Assembly (NCBI GenBank): GCA_016926395.1
Contig: JAFGOT010000026.1
Location: 1 to 22,832, forward strand
Source: Candidatus Woesearchaeota archaeon
GTDB lineage: Archaea > Nanobdellota > Nanobdellia > Woesearchaeales > SKGA01
Direction of reading: 5' to 3'
Length of the DNA: 22,832 nucleotides
The notes below the pieces were generated by a model. It did no database searches and had not been told where the DNA came from. It worked only from the letters and a program-made list of their open reading frames with translations. The translations under genes and the position numbers were made by a program. Positions 22,244 to 22,832 of the stretch are shown here, piece by piece. The stretch's first letter is position 1; each line of letters begins with the position of its first letter.

Positions 22244-22832
22244 TTAAAGGTCAAATTTCGCCCTATTTAGAAAATAAACCAGATCAGAAGTAATTTTTGA
22301 TTGAAAACAGACCGTTTTTAGCGACTTTGGATGCTTAAATGAAAGAGAACTACAATGAAGCAGATGTCTTGGTGCTAACCACAAATCCAATATCTCTTGA
22401 GAGGATAAAACACCCAAAAAATAATCATTTAATTTTTCAGGATAAAAACCATACTGTTTGTCTCCCACAATGGGAAAACCAGCAGTTGAGAGATGAACTC
22501 TAATTTGATGTTTTTTACCAGAAATAGGATTTAACTTAAGCAAAGAAAACTTTTTATCAAAAGAAGAAGAAACCAACTCATATTCCGTTTTAGTAAGTTT
22601 TCCAACACTAACAGGAAGAACAGAATCACGAATATTACCAAAAGAAGTTTCGACAAGAGGAGAAGAAAAAAAACCAAAAGAATTAGGAATTCCATGAACA
22701 ATAGCAAAATATGTTTTTTTTACAAATTTAGATTTAAATTCATTAAAAAGAAATTGTGAAACATCTTTTGATTTAGCAAACACAATAAGACCTGAAGTCT
22801 CTCTATCTAAACGATGAACAGTAAATAAATTC
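22244..22832 (-). CDS. RluA-family pseudouridine synthase, 5' end outside the window
   Basis: The frame stays open to the window edge and reads ...TVHRLDRETSGLIVFAK (catalytic Asp at about 22805-22807). Also KTYFAIVHG, GKKHQIRVHL, PIVGDKQYG and LLHCSSLSFKHP. Confidence 0.92.
   Translation of the reverse strand, partial: NLFTVHRLDRETSGLIVFAKSKDVSQFLFNEFKSKFVKKTYFAIVHGIPNSFGFFSSPLVETSFGNIRDSVLPVSVGKLTKTEYELVSSSFDKKFSLLKLNPISGKKHQIRVHLSTAGFPIVGDKQYGFYPEKLNDYFLGVLSSQEILDLWLAPRHLLHCSSLSFKHPKSLKTVCFQSKITSDLVYFLNRAKFDL

Overview
An AT-rich archaeal chromosomal window. Archaeal origin rests on TFE, a ZPR1-family protein, an S-layer protein with N- and C-terminal S-layer domains, a class III signal-peptide pilin, TATA/BRE promoters and GGTGA-type Shine-Dalgarno (SD) motifs. 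A DPANN (Woesearchaeales-like) origin is my inference from gene style and was not tested. Most genes are on the - strand. Housekeeping genes: ileS, hisS, tfe, ZPR1, an RluA-family pseudouridine synthase, tRNA-Leu(UAG) and the S-layer gene. Accessory genes: a B12-binding radical SAM enzyme, a C39-like protein lacking its catalytic residues, three NUDIX proteins, a ChlI/ChlD-like AAA+/VWA pair, a P-loop kinase, DUF368, and a DUF5678 plus retropepsin pair. The most unusual element lies just downstream of tRNA-Leu. The last 13 nt of the tRNA recur twice at about 60-bp period, and each copy forms the 3' arm of a 44-nt imperfect hairpin whose 5' arm differs in sequence but still pairs. The second candidate system is a tightly coupled four-gene operon between hisS and ileS: flavin reductase, a putative nucleoside-phosphorylase-like/GT2 fusion, an APH-type kinase and a NUDIX hydrolase. 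No CRISPR array, integrase or transposase is visible. All family calls come from motif recognition by eye; no searches or folding programs were run.
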